DNA from: Bacillota bacterium
Lineage (GTDB): Bacteria > Bacillota > UBA5301 > JAMCQP01
NCBI GenBank assembly: GCA_023381695.1
Contig: JAMCQP010000083.1
Coordinates: 5,165-69,164 of the forward strand
DNA: 64,000 nucleotides
Direction: 5' to 3'
Part shown: positions 8,652 to 18,073 of the stretch, piece after piece
How positions within the stretch are numbered: position 1 is the first letter of the stretch
How the letters are laid out: every line of letters begins with the position of its first letter
Position numbers and translations under genes: made by a program
The notes under the pieces: generated by a model
What the model saw: only the letters and a program-made list of their open reading frames with translations
Database searches by the model: none
What the model was told of the DNA's origin: nothing

Positions 8652-10082
8652 ATGCCGGATGTCTTGAAATTTTCCAACGTCGTGAAAGGAGAACCCGTGT
8701 TGTCTGCTGTAGATTCCGAAGAACTTGCCGGGGCAAGCCCGGCTGATATACGTTCCAGGGTGATCAAACTGGCGGGGCCGGCCCTGATGGAGATGCTGCT
8801 TTTAACCACCGTCCAGATGATCGACATGATCATGGTGGGCAGGCTGGGAGCTCCCGCCATCGCCGCTGTTGGGCTGACCAACCAGCCGATCTTTTTTTCT
8901 CTGGCGATCTTTGTGGCGCTCAACGTGGGAACCATGGCCCTGGTCGCCCGGTACGCGGGGGCCAGGGAGCCTGAAAAAGCCAGCGAGGTGGCCAGGCAGA
9001 CCCTGATCATCACCTCCGCCTTCGGGCTGGTGGTGGCTGTGCTGGGGATGATCTTCGCGGAGAAGGTCATGCTTTTCATGGGCGCCCGCCCCGAGGTCCT
9101 GCCGTTGGGGACGGTGTTTTTCAGGATCATCAGCTTCAGCCTGATCTTCAGCACCATCTCCACCAGCGCTTCCGCGGTTCTCAGGGGTTGCGGCGACACC
9201 AGGACCCCCATGAAGGTCAACATGCTGGCCAACCTCCTGGTGATCGCCGGCGACTACCTGTTGATTTACGGGAAGTTCGGCTTTCCCGCTCTGGGCGTGG
9301 CCGGAGCTGGATGGGCGACAGCCGCGGCCCGGATTGTGGCGGCCGCGTTGTTTATCTTCGCGGTTGTGCAGGAGCGTCCCGTCGGGGGCCCAGGCGGCGT
9401 CCGAATCAACCTGGGCGGCCCTTGCCGCCTGAACCTGCCGGTGATCCGCCAGATCGTGAATATCGGCTTTCCCTCGGCGCTGGAACAATTGATTCTGCAG
9501 GGCGGGCTGATTGTCTTCGTGCGGGTGGTGGCGGGGCTGGGGACCACGACATACGCGGCGCACCAGATCGCGTTGAATGTGCTCTCGCTGTCATTTACGC
9601 CGGGCCAGGCTTTTGGGATTGCCGCCACCGCGCTGGTGGGGCAGAATCTGGGCGCCAACCGGCCGGACTGGGCGGAGCAATGTGGGTACGAGACCAGGCG
9701 GCTTGGAACGGCTCTCTGCAGCATCATGGGGTTGGTCTTCATCTTTTTCGGTTCTTACATCGTCCGGCTCTACACCGCCGATCCGGAGGTCATCCGCCAG
9801 GGGGCCATGGCTTTGAAGATCATCGGGGTGGTGCAGCCGGCGCAGTCCTCGCAATTCATCCTGGCAGGCGGCCTCCGGGGGGCGGGGGACACCCGCTGGC
9901 CGCTCATGGCGACGGCCGTCGGCATCTGGGGGATCCGGCTGAGCCTGGCGCACCTGCTGATCTTCGGCCTTCACCTGGGGCTGGAGGGAGCCTGGGTGGC
10001 GATCGCCATCGACCAGTTCAGCAGGTCGTTGCTGATCAGCTATCGCTATCGGACCGGCCGCTGGAAGGAGGCTCTGGTATGA
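8652..10082 (+). CDS. MATE family efflux transporter (DinF/NorM-like)
   Basis: A 12-TM profile with a typical MATE N-terminus (LAGPALMEMLLLTTVQMIDMIMVGRLG). An alternative in-frame GTG start at 8697 carries a strong AAAGGAG RBS. Confidence 0.85.
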   Translation: MPDVLKFSNVVKGEPVLSAVDSEELAGASPADIRSRVIKLAGPALMEMLLLTTVQMIDMIMVGRLGAPAIAAVGLTNQPIFFSLAIFVALNVGTMALVARYAGAREPEKASEVARQTLIITSAFGLVVAVLGMIFAEKVMLFMGARPEVLPLGTVFFRIISFSLIFSTISTSASAVLRGCGDTRTPMKVNMLANLLVIAGDYLLIYGKFGFPALGVAGAGWATAAARIVAAALFIFAVVQERPVGGPGGVRINLGGPCRLNLPVIRQIVNIGFPSALEQLILQGGLIVFVRVVAGLGTTTYAAHQIALNVLSLSFTPGQAFGIAATALVGQNLGANRPDWAEQCGYETRRLGTALCSIMGLVFIFFGSYIVRLYTADPEVIRQGAMALKIIGVVQPAQSSQFILAGGLRGAGDTRWPLMATAVGIWGIRLSLAHLLIFGLHLGLEGAWVAIAIDQFSRSLLISYRYRTGRWKEALV

Positions 10083-10138
10083 GCGTTCCCGATATGAGCG
10101 TTCCTGTTGTAAGCGTTCCTGTTGGGAGCGTTCCAGCG
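10079..10138 (+). repeat. Four tandem copies of a 15-bp unit (core AGCGTTCC) encoding (M/V/G)SVP(D/V/A) at the SfsA N-terminus
   Basis: The units atgagcgttcccgat, atgagcgttcctgtt, gtaagcgttcctgtt and gggagcgttccagcg are read directly in the sequence. Confidence 0.7.
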
Positions 10139-11032
10139 GAGAAAGGGGAAAACGTGCGCGAGAAGGAAAACGGGGTCAGGGTGGAATATGGCGGGCGCCT
10201 TTGCCAGGGGATCTTTCTCGAACGCCCCAACCGGTTTGTCGCCAGGGTGGCGGTAGGTGGCCAGGAGGAGATCGTGCATGTGGCCAACCCGGGCCGGATG
10301 ACGGAGCTTCTGGTTCCCGGCGCCCCGATCTGGCTCGCGGAGAAGGTGGAAAGCGGAGGAAAGGACGCGACGGAAGGAAAGGCCGGCAAGGCCGGGAAAG
10401 CCGCAAAGCCGCGCAAGACCAGGTTTCAACTTGCGCTGGTGGACCACCGGGGGGTGGGACTGATTTCCGTGGATTCCAACCTGCCCAACCGGCTGGTATA
10501 CTCTCTGTTACGAGCGCGGGCCATTCCGGAGTTTGCAGAGTACGATCTGATCGCCAAAGAGGTCAAGTTCGGGCAGAGCCGGTTTGACTTCCGGCTGGAT
10601 CGCACGACGGGCCAGGGAATCCCTTTGGCCGATGACCCGCCGGGCGCAAATGCCGCGGCGCGCTTCCGATTTCGGATGCCATCCTGCTTTCTGGAGGTGA
10701 AGTCCGTCAACCTGGTGGTGGGGCGGGAAGCCCGTTTTCCCGATGCGCCCACCCTGAGGGGAGCCCGGCATCTGGCGGAACTGGCCCGGGCCCGCCGGGA
10801 GGGTTGCCGGGCGGCGGTGCTCTTTGTAATCCAGCGGGACGATCCGGTGTCTTTCGCGCCGCACGTGGAGACGGATCCCGATTTCGGCGAGGCCTTCCGA
10901 AGCGCCCTGGAGGCTGGAGTTGAGGCATATGCCTACACTTGCCGCCTGGATTCGGGCGGGATCAGCCTTGGACACCCGGTGCCGGTGAAGATTCAACCCG
11001 GCGACAGGGACTTCTGGCGCCGGGCCATCTGA
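10079..11032 (+). CDS. sfsA: Sugar fermentation stimulation protein SfsA
   Basis: The SfsA core is recognisable (GIFLERPNRFVARV, ANPGRM). The ATG overlaps the MATE stop as ATGA. The protein also carries a low-complexity KAGKAGKAAK insert. Confidence 0.85.
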   Translation: MSVPDMSVPVVSVPVGSVPAEKGENVREKENGVRVEYGGRLCQGIFLERPNRFVARVAVGGQEEIVHVANPGRMTELLVPGAPIWLAEKVESGGKDATEGKAGKAGKAAKPRKTRFQLALVDHRGVGLISVDSNLPNRLVYSLLRARAIPEFAEYDLIAKEVKFGQSRFDFRLDRTTGQGIPLADDPPGANAAARFRFRMPSCFLEVKSVNLVVGREARFPDAPTLRGARHLAELARARREGCRAAVLFVIQRDDPVSFAPHVETDPDFGEAFRSALEAGVEAYAYTCRLDSGGISLGHPVPVKIQPGDRDFWRRAI

Positions 11033-11133
11033 TTTCATCCAGGGATTTTAAGCTTTGGCAAAAACGGAAAGACTATCCCCGCACCTCTTCGGGATGACGC
11101 GCGGAATTTCGCAGGTGCGGGGATGGGTATTTT

Positions 11134-12051
11134 ATGGACAAATTTGTGATGCCGGTGGTGCTGGGGGTATTTCTGGGCACCTACGCGCGCCTTCATCTGC
11201 TGCGGGTGGACTTCCGCCAGTATCCAAGCTACCCGCAGGGGTACACCGTCCACCTGTTTCTGGGGTTTGTGGCGGCCTCCATGGGAGCGGTGGCCATTCC
11301 GGCCCTGGTGGCCAAACATTACGAGGCGGTGACCTTCCTGGCGCTGGCCCTGCAGCAATTCCGGGAGGTGCGGCGGGTGGAACGCGAGACCCTGGAGAAG
11401 CTGGAGGAGACCGAGCTTGTCCCCCGGGGGACGGCGTACGTGGAGGGGATCGCCAAGGTGTTTGAGGCGCGCAATTACCTGGCGGTTCTCACGGCTTTAG
11501 TGGCCAGCGGCCTGGCCTTCTTCCTGCCGTTTGGCGCCCTCGCCCGGGGTGCAATTGCGGCGGCGGGGGGGCTGGTGACCATCTTTTTACTGGAAAAGTC
11601 CATGGAGGGGGGTGTGGTGAGCTCCCTCGCCAGGATCAACCCGGCGCCGCTCGAGTTTAGAGGACCGCAGCTTTTTGTGGAGGATACTTTTGTGATGAAC
11701 GTGGGCTTGCGGGAGTCCAGGGAGATCATACTCAAACACGGCCTGGGAGCCATTATTGAACCCGTGGACCCCAACGCCCGGGCCACCCTTTCCAACATCG
11801 GGCAAAGGCAAGCCATCGTGCACGATCTGGCGACCATTCTTGGGGTGCGCAAGGACCTGGACGAGCCGGAATTTACGCCCATCGCCCGGCTGAACCACGA
11901 AAACGGGCACATCGGCGTGGTGATCGTCCCGATGGCCAGGGATGAGGAGGCCCTTAAAATGGCGATCCAGCGGGTGCCGGTGATCGAAAGCGCCAAGCGC
12001 CGGCCGTTGGAGGCCATTGCCGGCAAGGAAGCCTATAAACGGGCCAGGTAG
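11134..12051 (+). CDS. YIEGIA family protein (sporulation-associated membrane protein)
   Basis: N-terminal transmembrane helices and the signature YVEGIA motif (GTAYVEGIAKVFEARNY). The family assignment is from memory of Pfam YIEGIA. Confidence 0.6.
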   Translation: MDKFVMPVVLGVFLGTYARLHLLRVDFRQYPSYPQGYTVHLFLGFVAASMGAVAIPALVAKHYEAVTFLALALQQFREVRRVERETLEKLEETELVPRGTAYVEGIAKVFEARNYLAVLTALVASGLAFFLPFGALARGAIAAAGGLVTIFLLEKSMEGGVVSSLARINPAPLEFRGPQLFVEDTFVMNVGLRESREIILKHGLGAIIEPVDPNARATLSNIGQRQAIVHDLATILGVRKDLDEPEFTPIARLNHENGHIGVVIVPMARDEEALKMAIQRVPVIESAKRRPLEAIAGKEAYKRAR

Positions 12052-12153
12052 GTTCTGGCCTTGTATCGGACCGCGGCGATGAATCCGGGGATAGAGCACA
12101 AAGAACGTACAAAGGGGGCTGAAGAATTGGGGGGCCCATTTGAGGAAGAGATT

Positions 12154-12318
12154 ATGGCGGTGGTGACCACCGACAAGGACTATGTCGGCGGCGACGTGCC
12201 GATCTTTTTTGCCCGGGACGAGGCGGAAAAGGAGCAGGTGGCCCTGACGCTCAGCCGGATCTTGCGAGCGATGGTCCACGAACTGGCCACGGGGGTATAT
12301 GTAATCGTCAGGCACTGA
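12154..12318 (+). CDS. Small protein downstream of YIEGIA (possible YIEGIA capping/partner subunit)
   Basis: ATG 12154 has RBS GAGGAAG. A longer in-frame start at 12061 is possible. The call rests on the conserved genomic pairing recalled from RefSeq naming. Confidence 0.4.
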   Translation: MAVVTTDKDYVGGDVPIFFARDEAEKEQVALTLSRILRAMVHELATGVYVIVRH

Positions 12319-12334
12319 TCTCCGGCGCAAATTC

Positions 12335-13675
12335 TCAGGCGTTAAAGGATTCCGCCTGCCCCGCGCCGGCTTTGGTCTTTCCGAGCAGCCAGACCACGGC
12401 GAAGGCGCCCGCCCCCAGCGACCGCAGGGCGGTTGCCACGTAGAAAGAGACGTAGATGCTGGACACGTTCATGATCCAGACGCCCACCTGGGGGGCGATG
12501 AAGCCTGAGATGCCGATGGCGGTCTGGTAGATCGCCATGTAGGTGGCGCGGCGGGTCTCGGGGGTTACTTCCAGCATCCGGTTGAAGAGGAGCAGGGTGA
12601 TCCCCGCCACGGCGACGCCGATCCACAGGTTGGCCGCCGCCAGGTAGTAGAGATTCATCGAAAAGGTATAGATCAGCGTCGCCGAGGCGATGGCCAGGGC
12701 CGCAAAGATCAGGGTGTAGGCCGTGCCCCTGGTTTCGGACCATCGGCTCCACAGGCGGAAGGTGGCCATGGACATCAGGCTGTTGCACAGGGTGAAGATG
12801 CTGATCCACATGGCGGTGGCGTGGGCGTTCTCGATCTGGTAGATGTTGAAGAGCGGCCAGGCCATCTGCCATCCGAAATGAAAGGCAAACGAGCTCACCA
12901 GGAAATAGATGAAGGGGCGGTTGCCCAGGATCTCCCTGGCGGCGGCGAGCCGGGTGCTTCGTTCCCCGGTTGGCATGGCGGAACGGTTCGGCACGGCGGA
13001 ACGGTTCGGAATAACGGTGGAAATGACGGGCCGGGACAAGGTTTTCCCCGAAAGATCCGGCTCCACATGCAGGTAGATGTAGTAGACCTCCAGCAACGCA
13101 AGGAAGAAGGCCAGCGTGAAGAAGGCCTGGTAAGGGCCGGGGCTGTCCTTCGGGAACTGCTCCAGGATTATGCCGGAAAACAGGGTGGTGATCAGGCCCG
13201 CAAAGGTCGTGATCCGGTTGCGATCTCCGAAGAACCGGTTCCGTTCCGGTTCGGGGATCAGTGAGGCGATAAAGGCCTGCCAGGCCAGCACCGCCACCGA
13301 GGTCGGGAAGTTCATGAGCGCCACCAGGATTACCAGCCAGGCGGCCTGATCCCGGACGGGCAGGAAGGGGACCAGCGCGATCAGCAGGTAGAACAACCGT
13401 CCGGACAGGATGCTCATGCCGGTAAAGTGTTTCTTCCGGGCCAGCCGGTCGATGATCCTGGCGCCGGGCAGGAGGGCCAGAATTCCCATCAAAGCGGGCA
13501 AGGACGAGAGTAAAGCCACCTGCTGATGGGTGGCTTTCAGCACCTCGATGGCAAAGAGCGGGATAAACGGGGTGATCAGGTTGTTGGCGACAATGGCGCA
13601 GACGCCGTTGTAACAGCTGTACTTGACATTGGTGGTCAGGTGCTGGTACAAAGCCTCGCTGTTCCGTTCGGTCAT
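12335..13675 (-). CDS. MFS transporter
   Basis: A 12-14 TM hydrophobic profile with the typical two-half repeat organisation. Confidence 0.8.
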   Translation of the reverse strand: MTERNSEALYQHLTTNVKYSCYNGVCAIVANNLITPFIPLFAIEVLKATHQQVALLSSLPALMGILALLPGARIIDRLARKKHFTGMSILSGRLFYLLIALVPFLPVRDQAAWLVILVALMNFPTSVAVLAWQAFIASLIPEPERNRFFGDRNRITTFAGLITTLFSGIILEQFPKDSPGPYQAFFTLAFFLALLEVYYIYLHVEPDLSGKTLSRPVISTVIPNRSAVPNRSAMPTGERSTRLAAAREILGNRPFIYFLVSSFAFHFGWQMAWPLFNIYQIENAHATAMWISIFTLCNSLMSMATFRLWSRWSETRGTAYTLIFAALAIASATLIYTFSMNLYYLAAANLWIGVAVAGITLLLFNRMLEVTPETRRATYMAIYQTAIGISGFIAPQVGVWIMNVSSIYVSFYVATALRSLGAGAFAVVWLLGKTKAGAGQAESFNA

Positions 13676-13724
13676 TTCAAAGGCACCTCAAAGACTAATT
13701 CGCCGTTGCGGAACAGCTTCCTTC

Positions 13725-14942
13725 TTATTCGAAGCGGAGGGATTCAATGGGATCCAGCCGCGCGGCCTTGTTGGCCGGGTAAATTCCAAAGAAGATCCCG
13801 ACGCCTGCCGCAAAGCCAAAGGCAATCGCGATGGCGGCTGGAGAGATCAGGGTCCGCCACTGGCCGACCCTGGAGAGGAGCATCGAGCCAGTGATTCCCG
13901 CCAGGATGCCCACCAGGCCTCCCGAGGTGCTCAGAGTAACAGATTCGATGAGAAACTGGGTCAGGATGTGAACCCGCCGGGCCCCGACGGCCTTTCGCAC
14001 CCCGATTTCACGGGTTCGCTCCGTCACGGAGACCAGCATGATGTTCATGATCCCGATCCCGCCCACCAGGAGCGAAATGCCGGTAATCCCCGCCAGAAGA
14101 AGGGTGAAGGTCCGGGTGGTTCCCTCCAGGGTGGAGAGGATCTCCTGCTGGTTGCGGATCATGAACTTATCCGGGGAATCCTTTCGGGGCAATAGCACCG
14201 CTTCCACCTCGCGCGCGGCCAGATCCGTGACCTCCGCGGCCTTGGCCTGGATATAGATGGCCCGGATGGTGTCTTTCCCGGTGAGGCGCTTTTGCGCGGT
14301 GGTGAACGGCACAAAAACCTGGTCGCCCAGATCGTTCATTCCCTGGGTCTTCTCTTCCATGACACCGATCACCGTAAAGGTGACGATGCCGATCCGGATC
14401 TCCTGGCCGAGAGGATCTTGCCCCCCGAAGAGATCGGAGGCCACGGTCTGCCCCAGCACCGCCACCCGGGTCATATTCTGGAGATCATAGGCCGAGATGA
14501 AGCGACCCTCCTTGACGTGAAAGCTGCGGACCTCGGGATACTCGGGCGTGGTGCCCACGATGGTGGTGGTGGTATTGTTCGGCCCGAAGCGGATCACCCC
14601 GGCGCGGGTGGCTTCCACCGTGAGTTTGTCCACATCCGGCAGGTTGGCCTCCTGGATGGCCTCCGCGTCGGCGTAGCTCAAAAGGTCTCCCGCGCCCCGG
14701 GCGGTGGCGGCGCCTCCCGGCCGGCCGGCCGCCCGTCCCGGCGTGACGATGAGCATATTCGAACCAAGTTGGCCGATCCGGTCCTCCACCGAGGCCTGCG
14801 CGCCCTGCCCCACGGAGACCATGGCCACCACGGCGGAGACGCCGATGATCACCCCCAGCATGGTGAGGAAGGAACGAAGTTTGTTGGCTCTCAGGCTGGA
14901 AAAGGCCATTTTGATGCTCTCCACCAGGTTTAGATCGGACAT
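13725..14942 (-). CDS. ABC transporter permease, FtsX/MacB type (no fused ATPase domain)
   Basis: An N-terminal TM helix (FLTMLGVIIGVSAVVAMVSVG), a large periplasmic MacB-like domain, and a C-terminal FtsX-type three-TM bundle. Confidence 0.85.
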   Translation of the reverse strand: MSDLNLVESIKMAFSSLRANKLRSFLTMLGVIIGVSAVVAMVSVGQGAQASVEDRIGQLGSNMLIVTPGRAAGRPGGAATARGAGDLLSYADAEAIQEANLPDVDKLTVEATRAGVIRFGPNNTTTTIVGTTPEYPEVRSFHVKEGRFISAYDLQNMTRVAVLGQTVASDLFGGQDPLGQEIRIGIVTFTVIGVMEEKTQGMNDLGDQVFVPFTTAQKRLTGKDTIRAIYIQAKAAEVTDLAAREVEAVLLPRKDSPDKFMIRNQQEILSTLEGTTRTFTLLLAGITGISLLVGGIGIMNIMLVSVTERTREIGVRKAVGARRVHILTQFLIESVTLSTSGGLVGILAGITGSMLLSRVGQWRTLISPAAIAIAFGFAAGVGIFFGIYPANKAARLDPIESLRFE

Positions 14943-14987
14943 GCTGATTCCACCTCAAATCGGGTTTCCCCTGAGAAGTCCCATCTT

Positions 14988-16382
14988 CTAACGATTGCCC
15001 CTGGCGCTCCCGGCGCCTCTGCTGGCCCCACCGCCCCCGCTCGTTCGCCTGGGGCGTTGCGGGTTGCCGCCTCCCGGTAGCAGGTTGCCGCCGAGCTTGC
15101 CCATGCTGTTGCCGTTCTGGTAGAACCTTCGCGTTGGCTCTGCGCCGTTGAGGCCGGAATTGGCCGGCAGAAGGAACGCCACCTCCTCGCCTTCTTTCAG
15201 CCCGCTGGTGATCTCTACGACCCTTTCATTGCGCAGCCCTGCTTCCACGGGGCGAAGGGTGGTCTTATCGCCGGCCTTGACTTTGACAAAAGCACGGTTT
15301 CCTTGGTCCTGGATGGCCTCCACGGGAACCAGCAAGGCATCGTCCTTCTTGGCCACGAGGATGCGCACGTCCGCGGTCATCCCCGATTTGAGAAACTTCC
15401 TGGCATTGTCCAGTTCCACGGTGACCTGGTAGGTGACGATATTGTCCTGGACTGTGGCATCTTCGGCGATCTGTACCACCTTTCCCGGGAAGAACTTGCC
15501 GGGAAGAGCGTCCAATGACACCAGCGCCTGCTGCCCCACCCGGGTCCTGGCGATGTCCACTTCGTTGATGTTGACCAGGGCCTTCATTTGGCGCAAATCC
15601 GCAAGGGTCGCCATAATGCTGTTGGCGTTCACCAGTTCGTACGGCTGGACGTTAAGGCTGATCACGGTGCCGGTCATGGGGGCCGTAATGGCTGTTTCCT
15701 CAAGTTGCCGCCGGGCGTCCACAAGCTCTGCCCTGGCTCCTTCGACCTCCGCCCTGGCGGCCTGGACATCCTCCGACCGCGAAGGCATCTTCAATTGGGC
15801 GAGCTTCTCCCTGGCGGAGGTATACTGAAGCTCGGCGATCCGTGCCTGCTCGGAGGCTTGATCAAGTTGTTGTTTGGTGGCGGCGCCCGCGGAGAACAGT
15901 TGCTGTTTGTCGGCCAGATCGGTTTTGGCGCTCTCCCAGTTGATCTCCGCCTGGCGCATGGCTGCCTCGGCCTGGTTGATCTCCTGGGGGGTGGTGGGAT
16001 CTTCCAATTTGGCCAGCTTGGCCTCCGCCTGCAGCAGGGCGGTCTGGGCCTGCCTGACTTTAAGTTGCGCGTCGCCGGGATCCAGCTTTACCAGGAGATC
16101 GCCGGCTTTCACCGTGGCGCCGGGTTCAACCGGAACCCTTTCCACTTTGCCGCCATACCGGGTGCGCACTTCCAGTTTGGCCTCCGGCGCCATCACCCCC
16201 AGTGCCGAAACCGCCTCCACAATTTGCCCTTTCGAAACCTTGACGAAGCGGATCACCTCGGTTTCCTTGGTGGCCGCACTCTGATCTTTGGCGGCCTGGA
16301 GGCGCGTGAAGCCCCAGCCAGCCGCAATCAGCGCCAATAATAGCACAAGACTGGTTACTTTCCACTGCTTTTTGATATTCAT
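14988..16382 (-). CDS. Efflux periplasmic adaptor subunit (HlyD/MacA family membrane fusion protein)
   Basis: Signal-anchor, long coiled-coil hairpin, and lipoyl / beta-barrel segments. It ends in a Gly/Arg-rich low-complexity tail. Confidence 0.85.
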   Translation of the reverse strand: MNIKKQWKVTSLVLLLALIAAGWGFTRLQAAKDQSAATKETEVIRFVKVSKGQIVEAVSALGVMAPEAKLEVRTRYGGKVERVPVEPGATVKAGDLLVKLDPGDAQLKVRQAQTALLQAEAKLAKLEDPTTPQEINQAEAAMRQAEINWESAKTDLADKQQLFSAGAATKQQLDQASEQARIAELQYTSAREKLAQLKMPSRSEDVQAARAEVEGARAELVDARRQLEETAITAPMTGTVISLNVQPYELVNANSIMATLADLRQMKALVNINEVDIARTRVGQQALVSLDALPGKFFPGKVVQIAEDATVQDNIVTYQVTVELDNARKFLKSGMTADVRILVAKKDDALLVPVEAIQDQGNRAFVKVKAGDKTTLRPVEAGLRNERVVEITSGLKEGEEVAFLLPANSGLNGAEPTRRFYQNGNSMGKLGGNLLPGGGNPQRPRRTSGGGGASRGAGSARGNR

Positions 16383-17902
16383 GAGCCATCCCCCACATTT
16401 TTCGGGAGTTCAACTTGCGGGAGTTCCACCCCGAAATTTCTTGAAATGTCCAAATTGCCCGTTGCTCGCCGGAAAGCGGCCTCAGCCGCCAATTCATCCA
16501 GTTGGGCGTCTTTATAGTCGTTTTGGGCGGTAAGCAGGGCCAGCTCGGCGTCAAACAGGTCCGAGGCGGTCTTTTCCCCCACGCGATATTGGGCGGAGAC
16601 CACCTTGAGGTTCTCTTCGGCCTCGGTTCTGGCTGCCTCCAGCGCGGGCAGGTGGCTCTGGGCTTCCAAAAGGGCGTCGTGGTTCCGGCGAACATCTTGC
16701 GCCACAGTGTCTTCCGTCTGGTGCAGGTTTGTTTCTGATTGGGATACAGCCAGATCCGCTTCTCGCAGGCCGCTCCTGGCAGATCCCCCGTCGAAGAGGT
16801 TCCAGCTTACTCCCAGGGTCACCGCCCAATCCTGGGGGTCCTGGGGAGCCCTGGTACTTCCGGTGCCGGAGAGGTTGCTCCCTTTGGAAAGGTCGGTGTT
16901 CAGGTTCCAGTCTTTCGTTTCCAGGGAAAGGCTGCCATTCAGGCCATCGAGGTTGTCATATTTACCGGTCAGGGTGAATCCCGGCCAGGCCTGCGCCCTT
17001 GCCTGGCTGGCCTTGATTTTGGCCTGCTGCCAGGCGATCTTGCCCAGGGCGATCTCGCGGCGTTTGTCCAGGGCGGAGGCCGTCTCCTTTTGCAGGTCCA
17101 AAGAGGCCTGAGCGCCGGCGCCACCGGTATTGCCGGCAAAAAACCCGGGCGACAGGTTGGGCGCCAGCTCCAGGGGCTGATCCGCCGGGTAACCCAGGAG
17201 AAGGTTGAACCCGACTCGGGCCTCTTTCAAGGCGTTTTCGGCCCGGAGGAGGTTGTACCTGGCAGTGGCCAGTTGGGTCTGCATCTTGAGAAGATCGACT
17301 TTGAGGATCGTTCCCTGTTCAAATTTGGCCTGGGCCTGTGAAAGATACGTCTGCGCTTTTTCCACCGACTTTTGGCCGAGGGACAGGTCGTTTTCGGCTT
17401 TCAGAACTTCTATGTACCTGGAGATTACGTCCATCACCAGGGTCTCCAGATCTTTTTGAAATTGAGCTTCGGCGGAGCGCAGGTCGAACCGGGCTAGAGC
17501 GCTGCTCACGCCCGCCTGGCCCGATAATCCCGGCTCGACGCCCAGCCCGGAGATCAGCGGGCTCAGGCTTTGCTGGATCTTGAGCGAGAGCGCGTATTCG
17601 TCGGTTTGCACCCAGGATTGATGGGAGGAGGTGTCTGGCAACCTCCCGCCGTAGGACTTGCTGGCTCCCACATCAAGCGAAGGAAACAATGTTGCTTGAC
17701 CCTGCTGCAACCTGGCCTCGGCAAGCTGGAGCTTTTGCCGGGCCAGAAGAGCGGCGGGGCTCTGCCGCACCGCAATCCGGATGGACTCCCTCAGTTCCAA
17801 TGGCGTTCCGGCCCACGCCGGCCAGCTGGTGGACGCTGCCGCGGCGCTGAAGATCAGACCCCAGATCAAGCCGCGGCGATAACGGCAACTGTTTCGCACC
17901 AC
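16379..17902 (-). CDS. TolC-family outer membrane efflux protein
   Basis: Signal peptide and two OEP-type coiled-coil / beta repeats. It overlaps the adaptor gene by 4 nt. Confidence 0.75.
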   Translation of the reverse strand: MVRNSCRYRRGLIWGLIFSAAAASTSWPAWAGTPLELRESIRIAVRQSPAALLARQKLQLAEARLQQGQATLFPSLDVGASKSYGGRLPDTSSHQSWVQTDEYALSLKIQQSLSPLISGLGVEPGLSGQAGVSSALARFDLRSAEAQFQKDLETLVMDVISRYIEVLKAENDLSLGQKSVEKAQTYLSQAQAKFEQGTILKVDLLKMQTQLATARYNLLRAENALKEARVGFNLLLGYPADQPLELAPNLSPGFFAGNTGGAGAQASLDLQKETASALDKRREIALGKIAWQQAKIKASQARAQAWPGFTLTGKYDNLDGLNGSLSLETKDWNLNTDLSKGSNLSGTGSTRAPQDPQDWAVTLGVSWNLFDGGSARSGLREADLAVSQSETNLHQTEDTVAQDVRRNHDALLEAQSHLPALEAARTEAEENLKVVSAQYRVGEKTASDLFDAELALLTAQNDYKDAQLDELAAEAAFRRATGNLDISRNFGVELPQVELPKNVGDGS

Positions 17903-18073
17903 GATCCCTCACAATAATGCTCGTTTAAGCCAGAATTCTTTGACGCCGCTTTATTAACCTTCTTGATCGTAACATCCAATTATGTCCAGATTATGAAAAG
18001 ATCTTGAAAAAATCGTGAAGCGTCGAATGCCTCGTCGCCGGCGCCTTATCGCGGGAACCTTATCACCAGGGCC

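Noticed and set aside
11077-11122. Intrinsic terminator after sfsA
   Set aside because: A 10-bp GC stem (ccccgcacct / aggtgcgggg) exists, but the 26-nt loop and absence of a clean U-tract make a canonical terminator doubtful. It may be a structured 5' element of the YIEGIA transcript instead.
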